In this document: in pieces, positions 40,941 through 53,205 of the stretch
Layout of the letters: the number at the start of each line of letters is the position of its first letter
Numbering within the stretch: the stretch's first letter is position 1
DNA from: Eledone cirrhosa
Taxonomy: Eukaryota
NCBI GenBank assembly: GCA_964016885.1
Contig: OZ024740.1
Span: 210,056,001 to 210,120,000 of the forward strand
Length of the DNA: 64,000 nucleotides
Direction of reading: 5' to 3'
Notes under the pieces: generated by a model
Databases searched by the model: none
What the model was told of the DNA's origin: nothing
Seen by the model: the letters and a program-made list of their open reading frames with translations, nothing else
Translations under genes and position numbers: made by a program

Positions 40941-41689
40941 GTATACCTCTATTGATATAATGAGTTGTAATACTTGATAGTTATACTTGATTTAGGGTGA
41001 ATTATTTCCTCTTAGCTGACTGAAGTAAAAACAGATATATTTATAAATATAAGCTGAGCTCTTGAGATTATAAATATCTCGTTTCGATAATTAGTGGTAG
41101 AAGTTGAATTTATTTTCGATTTCCTGAGTTGAAAATAAAGACTGACACAGCAAATGAGAGAAATCTCAAATTTATAATATAAATAAAATAAAGTGGGGTA
41201 TTGAAAAAGGTGGGAAAATGTATTTGAGTGGTGACTAGCTTTGTGATATTTCCTTCAGTTATGTGGTGATATCACATTCCAGTGTTTTGACAGATAACTG
41301 AGGAAGGAACCCCGCGAAGTGGGGTGGCTGTTGCAGCGGGTGTCACTGGCCATTGTTCGCAGAAATGCCTTTGCAGTTTTGTCCGCAGAGCGCAAACCAA
41401 ACACCACTCCACCCCACCCCAGGCATAGAGTACATCACCCTCTCCCCTTCCTTTATTCCGTGGTCTCATAATACCCCCCCCCTACTCTCCTACTTTCATA
41501 TACAGTCAAATGTGCCCTTCTTTACCCCTTCCACTCTCTGTTCGTTGTTTGGTTTTGTTTTTATCCCTTTTTTCATTTTATCATTCATATTCCCGTCAAT
41601 ATTTGTAATGTTAATTATACAACTGTGAACTGACTTATTGTCTGAAATAAAAATATATATATATATAGAGAGAGAATATACAATATAAA

Positions 41690-41895
41690 TGACAATCAAA
41701 GAGTGTTTAAAACATTTAATCACTTACGATCGTTTCATCCTAGCACAAGGCCTTGAGCTAGGATGAAACGATCGTAAGGTATTAAATGTTTTAAACACTC
41801 TTTGATTGTCAAATTTCGGCTCTCTGTAGTATACTTAGTATTTTACATTGAGCTATTTTCATACTTGTAATTGGATAATATTATTATCCACATTA
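41690..41895 (+). mobile_element. Spacerless fold-back element with hammerhead 3' half
   Basis: 61-bp arms 41690-41750/41751-41811 containing GAAACGATCGTA; ends in (TA)n. Confidence 0.7.
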
Positions 41896-41924
41896 TATAT
41901 ATATATATATAGAGAGAGAGATGC

Positions 41925-41981
<57 letters not shown>

Positions 41982-42435
41982 AATGTATATATAGTGTATT
42001 TTGCAATATACTGTATGCTTAATTAAAAGCATTTCGAAGACCTTAAGCTATTGTTTTAGAGTAGTGACAGTCTCACTTACTTTAATTTTCAGCAAACAGG
42101 TGAGATAAAGCTGACAGAGCTCTGTTTCGCACTTTTTGGTGCTTATCTGTATAACAAGTTCCTGATTATTACTAGAATTCTATAAGAATCAAACATTCAT
42201 GATTTTCAGCAATCAGGAGGAGTACTTAGCTTTGATAAGCACCAAAAAGTGCGAAACAGAGCTCTGTCAGCTTTATCTCCCCTGTTTGCTGAAAATTAAA
42301 GTAAGTGAGACTGTCACTACTCTAAAACAATAGCGTAAGGTCTTCGAAATGCTTTTAATTAAGCATACAGTATATTGCAAAATACACTCTATATACATTC
42401 ATATATATATCGCTATTTCAGAGCACCAATTCTAA
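41982..42435 (+). mobile_element. Fold-back mini-element (165-bp arms) between (TA)n arrays
   Basis: 41982-42147 is near reverse complement of 42234-42399; tail tcgctatttcagagca. Confidence 0.85.
42228..42272 (+). ncRNA. Hammerhead ribozyme with variant core
   Basis: AGCT-TTGATAA-GCAC-caaaaa-GTGC-GAAA-CAGAGCTCTG-TC-AGCT; C3/G8 positions read U/A. Confidence 0.65.
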
Positions 42436-42624
42436 TTTTATATATATTTATATATATACGTGTAAGCACACATATGAATACAATTAAGTAAACACACGTG
42501 TATATACAATACTTTTTCTGCTATAGTATACATCTACGTACTGAAACTTAAAATAAAACGACCGAAAAAATTACACGAATAAATTTGTTTTAATATATTA
42601 AACTTGGCACTTATGGATGTAGTA

Positions 42625-43170
42625 AATAATTGCTTCTACTTTTGGCACAAGGCCAGCAATTATCCCAGTACATTACTGGTACTTTATTTTATCGACCCCG
42701 TAAGGATGAAAGGCAAAGTAAACCTCGGCGGGATTTGAACTCAGATCGTAAAGGGACGTAACTATGCTGGAAAGCATGGCGTCCGACCTTCTACCGATAC
42801 TGCCAATCCATCCACCATGGATGTAGTAAATAATAATACATTTTTATCACTTAAAATTACATACGCCCATATCACCGATGGGAGGCCGAACGGAAGGTGA
42901 GGACAATTATGGCTAAAAAAAATTAGTTTGAATTACTATTAGTATCACTAAGGTCGGTGGATAGCCAAAATCGGTAGAGTTCCGGAGAACATGCTTTGTA
43001 GTATAGAATTACAGCCCTTTACGTTCTGAGTTCAAATCCCGACGAGGTTAACTTTGCCTTTCATCCTTACGGGGTCGATAAATAAAGCATCAATAATGCA
43101 CTAGGGGTCAATTTAATTGACTTTCCCCTTCCCTTTAAATTGCTGGCCTTGTGCCTAAATAAGAAATTAT
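42625..43170. mobile_element. Two divergent Nin/Deu SINE copies
   Basis: 42625-42815(-) and 42953-43170(+). Confidence 0.85.
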
Positions 43171-45107
43171 CACTATTAGTATTACTAATACAATTTGTAT
43201 TAGTATTTAGTTTGTATTAGTATTACTAATTAATACAGTAATAGAATACAATTTATGTAAGCAAAATTATGTCGAACTTATATAAGAGTTTCTGAAAAAA
43301 AAAAAAAAAAAAAAATTTTAAAATAAATTTATGAAGACATGTACTAAGATTTTTATCTCACAATGTCCTTGTAAACCCAGGGGGTGTCTTCTACGAAGAG
43401 GCATCCAGTAGGACAGCAAATACGGACATTTCCCCAGAGAAACTTAGAAAACAAGTCCAGACGTTTGCGAAATAGTGAATATACAGTGTCGTAAAGAAGA
43501 AAATAGATTCGCCTTTAGTCTACTTAATGAAACTGTTGGTTGTGTAAATAATTTCTCTTTTGAATAAAATCCAACATGAAGTCTTGACCCTTGTTTAAAT
43601 TTGACCTTGTTGGGAGATGGATGGAATGGAAATATGGAGCCAGTAGCAACCGAGCTGGTGGTGGCGGCGTGTGAATGAGTATATGTGTGAGGGGAGTGGA
43701 AATACTCCAGATCTGCGGAATGTTAAGCAGGTTACAGATAATTGCGTACTTATGACAATTGGTGGGAAAAGACGAAAGAAAAAAAAATAGTTTGGTTGAG
43801 ATTCTCTACAATCATCTATATTTTTGTTTGTGTGTTTTCTTTCTGTTTCTTTTTTTAAACATTTCTGTCTGACCTTCATAAACCTTGTAAATGTAAGTCA
43901 CAGTCACAGTCCCATATCTATTACGAACGGTATAGTGCAATAGCATTTCCTTAGCTGACCTTATCACATTTAATCTTAACCCTTCCGTTCTAATTGATTT
44001 TTAAATATTCATCTAATTCTGTGTGGGATTCTCTACCATAGAGAAAGAATATATATTCAATTCCTGTAAATATGTTCCTCAGATAGAATTATTTGCAGTA
44101 TTCGTACCAACTCGCTGCTCTCTGAGTTCAAATCCCGCCGAGGTCAACTTTGCCTTTTATCCATTTAAGGTTGATAAAACCTACCAGTCTAGTACTGGGG
44201 TCCATTCTTCCTCTGTGTCTCTTTCTCACATCCATTCTCCCACTCTCTGTCTTTTCTCTAGAAGAAATCCGCTGCATTCAGACCTGGAGAGGAGATGGGC
44301 TCCACCAGGTTTTAAAATGCCCTAGAAACGCCGTATGCCAATATGGCGCCTCCACGACTCCCTCAGAAGTTACGGGTCCATACATACACACATACAAGTA
44401 TGTTCCGATTCGGTGAGCAGTGGAAGTGTATTGTAGACGAATCAAAGATGCGATTTGAATTTAAATAACCGTTGCAAATATTTAATTCTTATCAAATAAA
44501 CATTTTAGAAACGAGCCAACGAAGGTGTCCCTGCGTAGTTACTTGACATGTAGGAGATAACAGCCAATTTGCTCTCAAATAACACCCAACCTTCTTAGAA
44601 AGGAAATAACGTTACATAATGTTGATGCAATGCGAAAGAAATTTGATCCCTCTTGTTTAAACCAACTGGTGTATCTCTGATGACATAATAATTAGCAATG
44701 GTCAAATACGATGTCTACGAAAGGAAATGTTTCGTAATATCTTGCATAAAGTCTTTTTGTATTTGTTGGCTTAAGTATGCCTCACTACGACTTCAAAAGC
44801 TGCTCAAGTAATTTGAAAGAATTGCACAATCACGAACGTCCTATACCACACCTAAAAGAAGATAGCCGTATAAAGAAGATAGCTGATAACAAAGATTCAC
44901 TCATTGACACACTATAACTAACTGATAAACGCCTTCTTCATTCTGTTCGCCCGAGCCGTGGGGCGGCCAGCACATGGGACCCCATTTGCTCATAATACAG
45001 AGAGATCGGGAGGGCGAGAGAGATGGAGGCAATGACAATAGGAGTTCGGCTTTCCTGTGTTCGGATCTGACGTGCAGCGTCAATTGTCTGTAAGGAGGTA
45101 GTGATTC

Positions 45108-45186
<79 letters not shown>

Positions 45187-45189
45187 TAA

Positions 45190-45795
45190 TGTCAGGTCAC
45201 CAGTTGGTGCTACTGGTAACATGTATCCCAGTACAACCTGTCCCATGGTCGGGTCGTTGGCGACTAAACTGGCAACCCCACCAAGGTTTCTTGGTGAGGA
45301 GGGTGACTTTGGACATCCTGCAGGACTAAAAACAAAACCTGTCAAAGGGCAAAGGAGCTCTTAAGAGTCAATGGCCATCCAAAATCACCGGGAGAGATGA
45401 CCCCTTAGCCTTTGTCAAGGCAGAATTCTAGGAGAAGGAAAACTCTGATATAACACCTGCAACCCTGATGGTATCCAATGATGTTGACTTGTTCTTCTTT
45501 TTGGTAAATATCATCTTGGTTAAGAGAGTGGGACTGGCTTTGTGCAGTGCCTTTGCTCACTATAAAAGCTTCACGGCACAGGCATTGCTTTATATCTGGA
45601 GATCTCTCTGCACTTGTCCTCACATGGTACCATGGGCCCAGCACTATGTGTCAATAATTGTCACAAGTGTAGTGTTTGTACCAGAGGTTTCAAGTCGCTG
45701 GCTGGACAAAAAGTCACACTCGTTCAGCGCTTCGGTAGGGGTTCTCCTACATGGATATAAAGTAGTGGCCGTACTCGAAAACGAGTTGGCAGCCA

Positions 45796-45799
<4 letters not shown>
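45190..45799 (+). mobile_element. About 610-bp non-coding interspersed element, probably non-autonomous RTE-derived
   Basis: Near-identical copy at 55036-55666 with the same ends; contains aggagaaggaaaactctga resembling RTE 5' UTRs; embedded in (TA)n. Confidence 0.7.
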
Positions 45800-45866
<67 letters not shown>

Positions 45867-46339
45867 TGATCTGTTCAATGGTAAAGATGCTATAACATTT
45901 CACTTAAACCTGTTTTTAAATTATATACATATCCTTAACAGATATGTATGTGTAACGGAATTCTTCTATGTTTTACCTGGCGGAGATTCAAAATGGAATC
46001 CAAAATTTCTCGCCTCTAAAACCACCTATTGTTAGGTATTCTTACCATTGTCCTGTCAAAAGACAACTATGATAAACGTATATACCACTTGATCTGTGAC
46101 CCCAGACACTTGTCAGACGATAGACACATGGCCATTATGTCTCAAAAACCATATACACATCCTTCTAGCTATAGTGTTCTTATAAATACAATCGCTTCGA
46201 GAACCGAACGAGAGATAGCGGCTAACTCAGACGACAGAAGCACAGTTCTATTAACGCTATAGATCTACCTCTCACGATTCTTACTCGCTCGACAAATTGA
46301 CCAGCTACTACAGAAACCACGTATGCTAAGGATTAATAC

Positions 46340-46372
<33 letters not shown>

Positions 46373-47490
46373 GAGTAGGTTTCCTTATATTGTTCCCTTC
46401 TACACTTTATCAATTCCTGTCATTTCTCTACTACTGCAAAGTATAACAACTTCTCCTCTATCGTTTTATTTGATACATGCATTTACGCTAGCTCGAATTA
46501 TTAAGACAATGTAGTGATAATTGTGTAACGTTTCTATTACTCAATATTCGATATACCAACAAGTGAATTTTTGCCTTTCATCCTTATGGGGTCGATAAAA
46601 TAAAGTACCAGTAATACACTAGGATAATTGCTGGCCTTGTGCCAAAAGTAGAAACAATTATTATAAAATAAACAACATCACAATTCTTTATCATTTTTTT
46701 TATCATTCACCCTGCAAAGACTCCATCTATTCGCTACATATGTATACACTGACAGACGTGCTGTTTTATCTTTCTGTCTCTTCTATCAATAATACAATGT
46801 TCTATACTCCCATAAGTAACCCGGATGCACACCATTTTCGCATAATCACGCTCTCGCTAGCTGTGCCATGTCTTATTCGTAGTTCTTTCTCTAACAACGT
46901 TTTCCCAATCATTGCTCCACCCCTAAGAAACGCAATTCTTTGTAATTCCCGTCACGTGCACGTTTGTTTTCCACCATGTTGACCAACAGATGTTCTAAGT
47001 AATCATCAATCACATTGATCTCATTAGTCAGGAAGAGAATGTCATGATCACTAATCCATTTCTTTTCACTAACAAGTCTTAAAAAATCCCAGAAATTTCA
47101 TATCTCCTGCCGTTTTTCTCCGCAAAATTAGGAGTGCATCCTGTGTAAAGAAAATTCCCTTGAGATAGAATGGCTGGTGTAGCGGTTGTCGCTGGCCGTC
47201 CTCCACGGCAATGCCTTCGCCGGTTTGTCCGCGGGACGCAGCTGAGTTATACCACCTAGAATAGGGTGTGAAGTCTGCCACACTATGCGCCTTCACCTTA
47301 TTTTCATTATTTAATTTACATTTTTTTTTATTGCAACCATCTTGATAAGTAATGTTCACCTTGAACAGTTAACCCTTCCGTTACAAGAAAAAAAAGTGAA
47401 ATGTTTGGTTTTCACTACATTTTTCATCTCCTCTTTCCTGTTTTTAAAAGTTCAGAAATTACATTTTGATGTTTCAATAACAGCTGACTT

Positions 47491-47598
47491 ATATTAACTT
47501 CAACAGTTTATATCCTAACATTTGAACGATACAGAGAAGATCAGCATGACCCCTGCACAAGGATGACGATAGAAATTTGTGAAAAGTATCACATTTTT
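47491..47598 (+). pseudogene. U6: U6 snRNA-derived copy, full length but degenerate
   Basis: gaacgatACAGAGAagatcagcatgacccctgcacaaggatgac aligns to the U6 ACAGAGA box and ISL; ends in a T-run; 5' stem heavily mutated. Confidence 0.85.
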
Positions 47599-48574
47599 CG
47601 AGCCAAGAAGAAAGCCTCTATGTGGTCGCTCAAACTGCAAGAAAAAGCAGCCATATCTTTTCAAACCTAATGTCTTAATAAAGGAATGATAAATTGGCTA
47701 ATGTAGTCGTAGATATGTAGTATCTCACTACTGGAATGTCTTTTATCACATGTCTGCTCAGTGAGGGTTGACTCGGGGATAAACATCAACATAGTAATTA
47801 ACATTTTAGTTCAGGAGGGCATTTGCAATATAAGTTCATCTTTTTTTTTTATCGAATAACGGCTCCAAATACAGCAATTATATGAAAGAAGAAAGGAACA
47901 CCATTACACAACCCCCATGTAACTAACGTGTCGATAAAGGTGAACATAAAGTAAAGAGAAAGGAAGAGAAAGAATGGGAAAGATAGTTTGTCACGTATGC
48001 TTAGCAAGGTGCATGTTATCAACATCGCATCGGGACTCTCTGCTAAAAATAACAGCCAAATCATCTCTCTCAAATCACACCCTACTATCATAATATCGTA
48101 AGAATTATTAGATAAGTATCATATGTCAAGTGTCAGAAATAAAAAAGAATGTGGTGGTTTCGGTTGGAATGCTTTTAGACCCTAGTTCTACTAGTATTTG
48201 CTATCGGCCTTTACGAAGAATCGAAGCCTGTATCTCCCAGATACTGACTAGGTGCTTTGAACCATTAATGTTTTGTCAATAATCAATCTAATGTTTTGGC
48301 GATAATCAATCTAATGTTTTGGCGATAATCAATCTATAATTTTGTTGACGACAACATCACCTCTCATTACATAGAAAGTACTAATATAAAGCAATGCCAG
48401 GGTCTTCTATGTTTGTAATTTGGCCGGACTCGTCGTCAAGGAGTTGGATAATTACCTCCTCCCCCACTTCCTGCTTTTCAATGATGCACCCTCAGAGTGT
48501 CTTGCTCATTTAAAATCTGGTAGACCCCATCTCATCTCCAGGTCTGAGTACTGTCGATTTCTTCTAGAGAGAGA

Positions 48575-48622
<48 letters not shown>

Positions 48623-49704
48623 GAGGGGGCGTGGAGTGGGGTGAAACGAAGTGAGAAAGATATATAGAGGAAGAATTGACCCCAGTGCTAGACTGTTACG
48701 TTTTTTTTTCGAATTGATAAAAGGTTAAGTTGACCCTGGTGGGTTTTGAACTGAGAGGGCAGAGAACCGGAACGAATGCCACAAAGCATTATATCCGGCG
48801 TTCTCACGACTTTGTTAATTCGTTGCCCGGTATATAAGTATACATATTTGTATGTGGCCGTAGCTCTGTTTATGTTTACACCCGTCTAAAGCCGATCTTG
48901 TTTACATTGTGTAGTGGTTTAACAAATAGAGATAGATAAATAAATAACGACTAAACTCCTGAATGTGGTGTAACATGGCCGCAAGACAATGATTGAAACC
49001 AGTAAAAGAATACAAGAGTTCTAATCGAATCGCTTTTACCTTTATTGGAGACATATTTATAGAAATTTGAACGATATTTAATCTTTAAAGAATTTTGGAA
49101 TACATATGTCTTTAAAAACAACTAAATGAGTAAAACAGAAAGGAAAAAAAAAGGCACTTATAAAGCTTGATATTTCCTTTTGGGGATATCATCAAGAAAT
49201 TGTTGAGAGATGCTTTACAGATGTTCGGAGATTTTATAAAGATATTATGGTAGATTAGTCATGTCTAACTGACAAGACATTTTCACAACGGCCGCGAGTT
49301 CCTATTCAAATTGTCATTTCAAACCAATTTCTTCTTTTCCTTCTGTTTAACTGACATGATATTTTTCATAACGGACGTCAGTTCCTATTCAAACCATCAT
49401 TTGAAAATAACTTCTCCTTTTTCTACTCTCTCAGTATTACCCTCTCCACCCACCTACCAAAAAAGGAGATAACTCCCCTCTTGAGATCCCCGGATAGACT
49501 TTTGAAATGGTTGAAGTGTTAATTACATGGTTTGTTGAAAGTTCAAAGATTTGCTATAATAGAAAAGTCACAACAGCGCTATTATTTCCGCTTAACTTAA
49601 GATACAGTGACAGAAACTTTGGAATTTCACTTACTGTTAGTTCAAAGGGTCACAAGGTCGCCATTTTGAAACCTTGTTTCTTAACTTAACCTATTAAAAG
49701 ATGT

Positions 49705-49708
<4 letters not shown>

Positions 49709-49759
<51 letters not shown>

Positions 49760-51147
49760 AGAGAGAGAAAGAGAGAGAAGAGAGAGAGAGACAGACAGAG
49801 AGGGAGACTGAGAGAGAGAAAGAGAGAGAAGAGAGAGACAGACAGAGAGGGAGACTGAGAGAGAGAAAGAGAGAGAAGAGAGAGACAGACAGAGAGGGAG
49901 ACTGTGAGAGAGAAAGAGAGAGAGACAAAGTGTGTGAGAGAGATTGAGAGAGAGAGAGAATGAGAGACAGAGTGTGTGAGAGAGACAGACAGAGAGAGAG
50001 AGAGAAAGAAAGAAAAAGAGAGAGAGAGATAATGAGTGTGACAGAGTGTGTGTGTGTGTATGTGTGTATGAGAGAGGGGGGGGGGGGTGAGAGAGAGGGG
50101 TGAGAGAGAGAGAGAGAAGACAGGCAAAAGACAGCGGGAAAGTAATAAAGATTATATATAAAAACAAAAAACGAGACAGAAGACGGCGAAATGAGGCTTA
50201 AAAAAAAACACAAACAGACAGACTTCCATACGTAAAGTACATGAGCTTTGAAGAAAGAAAAAAACAAACACACACAAAAGAAACACAGGTTTCAGCCGCA
50301 AAGAATTCGTATTGTGAAGGATATCTTCCGTAAAATGTACAGCTATAAGTATACTTAACGTGGGAGTATTTTATTATATGGTGCCTGTAGCTCTGGCTGA
50401 CAGATCCAAGCGAGACTTTTTTTTTGTCCAATGAAACTCTGGTTACCCAGTTAGTTGTGGTTCCGGCTGACCAAATAAATTAGTTACACTCTACGTCCGG
50501 TATTGAGGGCTCTTTCGTTCGTACATTACCACTAACACACACACACACACACACGCACACATACACTCAGATACACACACACACAAACACAAACACACAC
50601 ATACACTCACACACACCCATAAACACACACACATACACTCACACACTCACACACACACACAAACACAAACACAAACACACACACACACATACACTCACAC
50701 CCACATACACAAGCACACACACACACACATACACTCACACACACACACACACAAACACAAACATAATCACACACATACACTCACACACACAAACACAAAC
50801 ACAATCACACACATACACTCACACACACAAACACACACACACATACACTCACACACACACACACACACACACAAACATATACACACATACACTCACACAC
50901 TCACACAAACACACACATACACACATACACACACACGCACACAAACACACACACACACACACAAGCACAAACACACACACACGCGCGCTCGCGGACGCAC
51001 ACACACACACACATATAAATCTCCGTCTCGCGAGATTTCGTTGTTTTCAAGAGCGGTGCCTCAGCCGGATGGCTGGAATAGGTAATAGAGTAAAAGAGTA
51101 TATATGAATATACATGTGTGTGTGTGTCTGCCTCTGTGTGTGTGTGT

Positions 51148-51216
<69 letters not shown>

Positions 51217-51272
51217 TGTGTGTATGTGTATGTGTGTGTGTGTCTATATGTGTGTGTGTGTGTGTGTGTGTG

Positions 51273-51303
<31 letters not shown>

Positions 51304-51490
51304 CTGTGTGTATGTGTATGTGTGTGTGTGTCTATATGTGTGTGTGTGTGTGTGTGTGTCTGTGTGTGTGTGTGTGTGTGTGTGTCTGTGTGTGTTTGTG
51401 TATGTGTATGTGTATGTGTGTGTGTGTTTGTGTGTGTGTATGTGTGTCTATGTGTGTGTGTGTGTGTGTGTGTGTTTGTCTGTGTGTGTT
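49709..51490. repeat. Long compound (GA)n, (CA)n and (TG)n low-complexity blocks
   Basis: Direct inspection; source of the spurious LSLS/THTH/CVCV ORFs. Confidence 0.95.
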
Positions 51491-51975
51491 TCGAATGGTC
51501 CTCCATTGGTGTCGACGATGAGTGTTGCAGTTGTTTGATCAATGGAACTGCCAGCTCATGAAATAGATATGTAAATGGTTGGGAATGTATTTCTCGGTTG
51601 GGTTCAACGTGACGCAGTGTGTGACGAAGCTGTCCCTTTGAATTACAGACACAGTCAATCTGACGAACCCCCAAACAATTTCTGTCTACCCAATTTCACT
51701 CAAGGGTCACGGGTCAATGACACTTGCCCAAGGTTCCACGTTGTCGGATCGAACCCAGGACTTGTGATTGCGAAGCGAACTTGTTAACCATTCGGCTATT
51801 CTGTGTTCCATGTCTGTCTGTCTCTGCATGCATGTATGTGTGTGTGTATCTATGTGTGTGTATGTATGTATGTATGTATGTATGTATGTATGTATGTATG
51901 TATGTATGTATGTATGTATGTATGTATGTATGTATGTATGAATGGGTCTATATATGTAGGTATATGTCTGTCTGT

Positions 51976-52406
51976 CTACCAGTTCGAGACAAGCTCTACA
52001 GACATGGGTGCCCGGGAAGGGACCCTTCGAAAAAGATCTGTCTGAGATGCGTGCGAGAAGAAAGAAACCGTCGCGCACGCATTCATACACTGCCCGGGCG
52101 TTACCGACCTGTGGCGCTATGTAGAACGACTATTGTCGCGGGTGGGACCAATCCGGTTGACCATCGAGTCCATTGTCATGATCAAACCGCCACCCTCCTT
52201 CAAAAACGAAGGAGAGGCGGTTTTCCTTTGTGTGATAGCTATGGCGAAAGAGGTTGTATGGTGGACGAGATTAAAAGGGCTGAGGTCAGACACCTTTCTC
52301 TCCGGCCAACAACTGATTCTTTTTTGCAAATACCACTTTGGAAGAAGAGTCAGGATGGAGAGAGAGGTGCTGTACAACAGCAAGTTTTATGAAAGGTGGG
52401 TGAAAG
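51976..52406 (+). mobile_element. Tx1/L1-clade LINE fragment (frameshifted)
   Basis: LPVRDKLYRHG..., AVFLCVIAMAKEVVWWTRLKGL; nearly identical to 25158-25370. Confidence 0.85.
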
Positions 52407-52427
52407 GTTGTAAAAGAAAAGAAATTG

Positions 52428-53186
52428 TCATCCCTTGAATCGCAAGAATGTTTTGCAAATTTTGAAGGTGCCAGCTATCGCAGCCATTTGTAGACTATGA
52501 ATTAGGGAGCTGCGCTTTTTGTCCGCAAATCCAAGTTCAGTCATACTTTGGTCCAAGCGGGTTGGTATATAACCCGTAGCACCAATAATGATGGGTATGA
52601 AGCTAAAGGTGTATCTTGGATACTGGATTTGTAAACTCCTCATCAATGGTCCGTAGATGTCCTCCTTCTCCTGTATTTTTCTGACAACGTTTACATCAAG
52701 TGGGCAGCTGATCTCCACAACAGAACACGTTTTCAATGTGTGGTCCCAAACTACAATATCAGGCCGGTTGTGCTTTAATTTGGTGGCAGTTTTTATTTTC
52801 AGGTTCCACCAGTATTCCTTAGTGCCATCTGTCTCAATATATTCTTCCTCGTTTGTTGTTAATTTTGTTTTCCGAAGTGCGTTCCAGATGGTTCTAGCTA
52901 TCCCATCGTGTCTCATGGGGAGGTAGTAGCGAGATGACATTCTTTCGCAGCTGGCAACAATGTGGCTTACATCCTCGATCTTTGTTTTACATAGCCTACA
53001 TTTATTGTCAGCTGCTGGCCCTCCTCTTTTGTGCAGCAGATATTTGGTAGGGAGTTCTTGTTCCTGTATTGCATAGAGATATCCCTCAAAGTGTGATGTC
53101 ATAAACTTGTCGGAACTCCATGCCAGGCTTTTTGAGTGGTTTATCCCCTCTATGGTCTGTGTTTTACGCCTCAAGTATCCATGCAC
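52428..53186 (-). CDS. R4/Dong CCHC zinc knuckle and restriction-like endonuclease
   Basis: CRLC...HIVASC, RHD, RPDIV...VEISCP...K...Y. Confidence 0.85.
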   Translation of the reverse strand: MHGYLRRKTQTIEGINHSKSLAWSSDKFMTSHFEGYLYAIQEQELPTKYLLHKRGGPAADNKCRLCKTKIEDVSHIVASCERMSSRYYLPMRHDGIARTIWNALRKTKLTTNEEEYIETDGTKEYWWNLKIKTATKLKHNRPDIVVWDHTLKTCSVVEISCPLDVNVVRKIQEKEDIYGPLMRSLQIQYPRYTFSFIPIIIGATGYIPTRLDQSMTELGFADKKRSSLIHSLQMAAIAGTFKICKTFLRFKG

Positions 53187-53205
53187 AACTTTTTCTGTAA
53201 ATTGG

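Noticed and set aside
45195-45320. HDV-like ribozyme suggested by a 7-bp P1 with a G-U first pair
   Set aside because: No P3/L3 or P1.1 in the required positions
47170-47262. Twister ribozyme resemblance (TAA CTCA GCT ... GGAG GA on minus strand)
   Set aside because: Lacks the L4 AAGC motif and a proper P4; pseudoknots cannot be built
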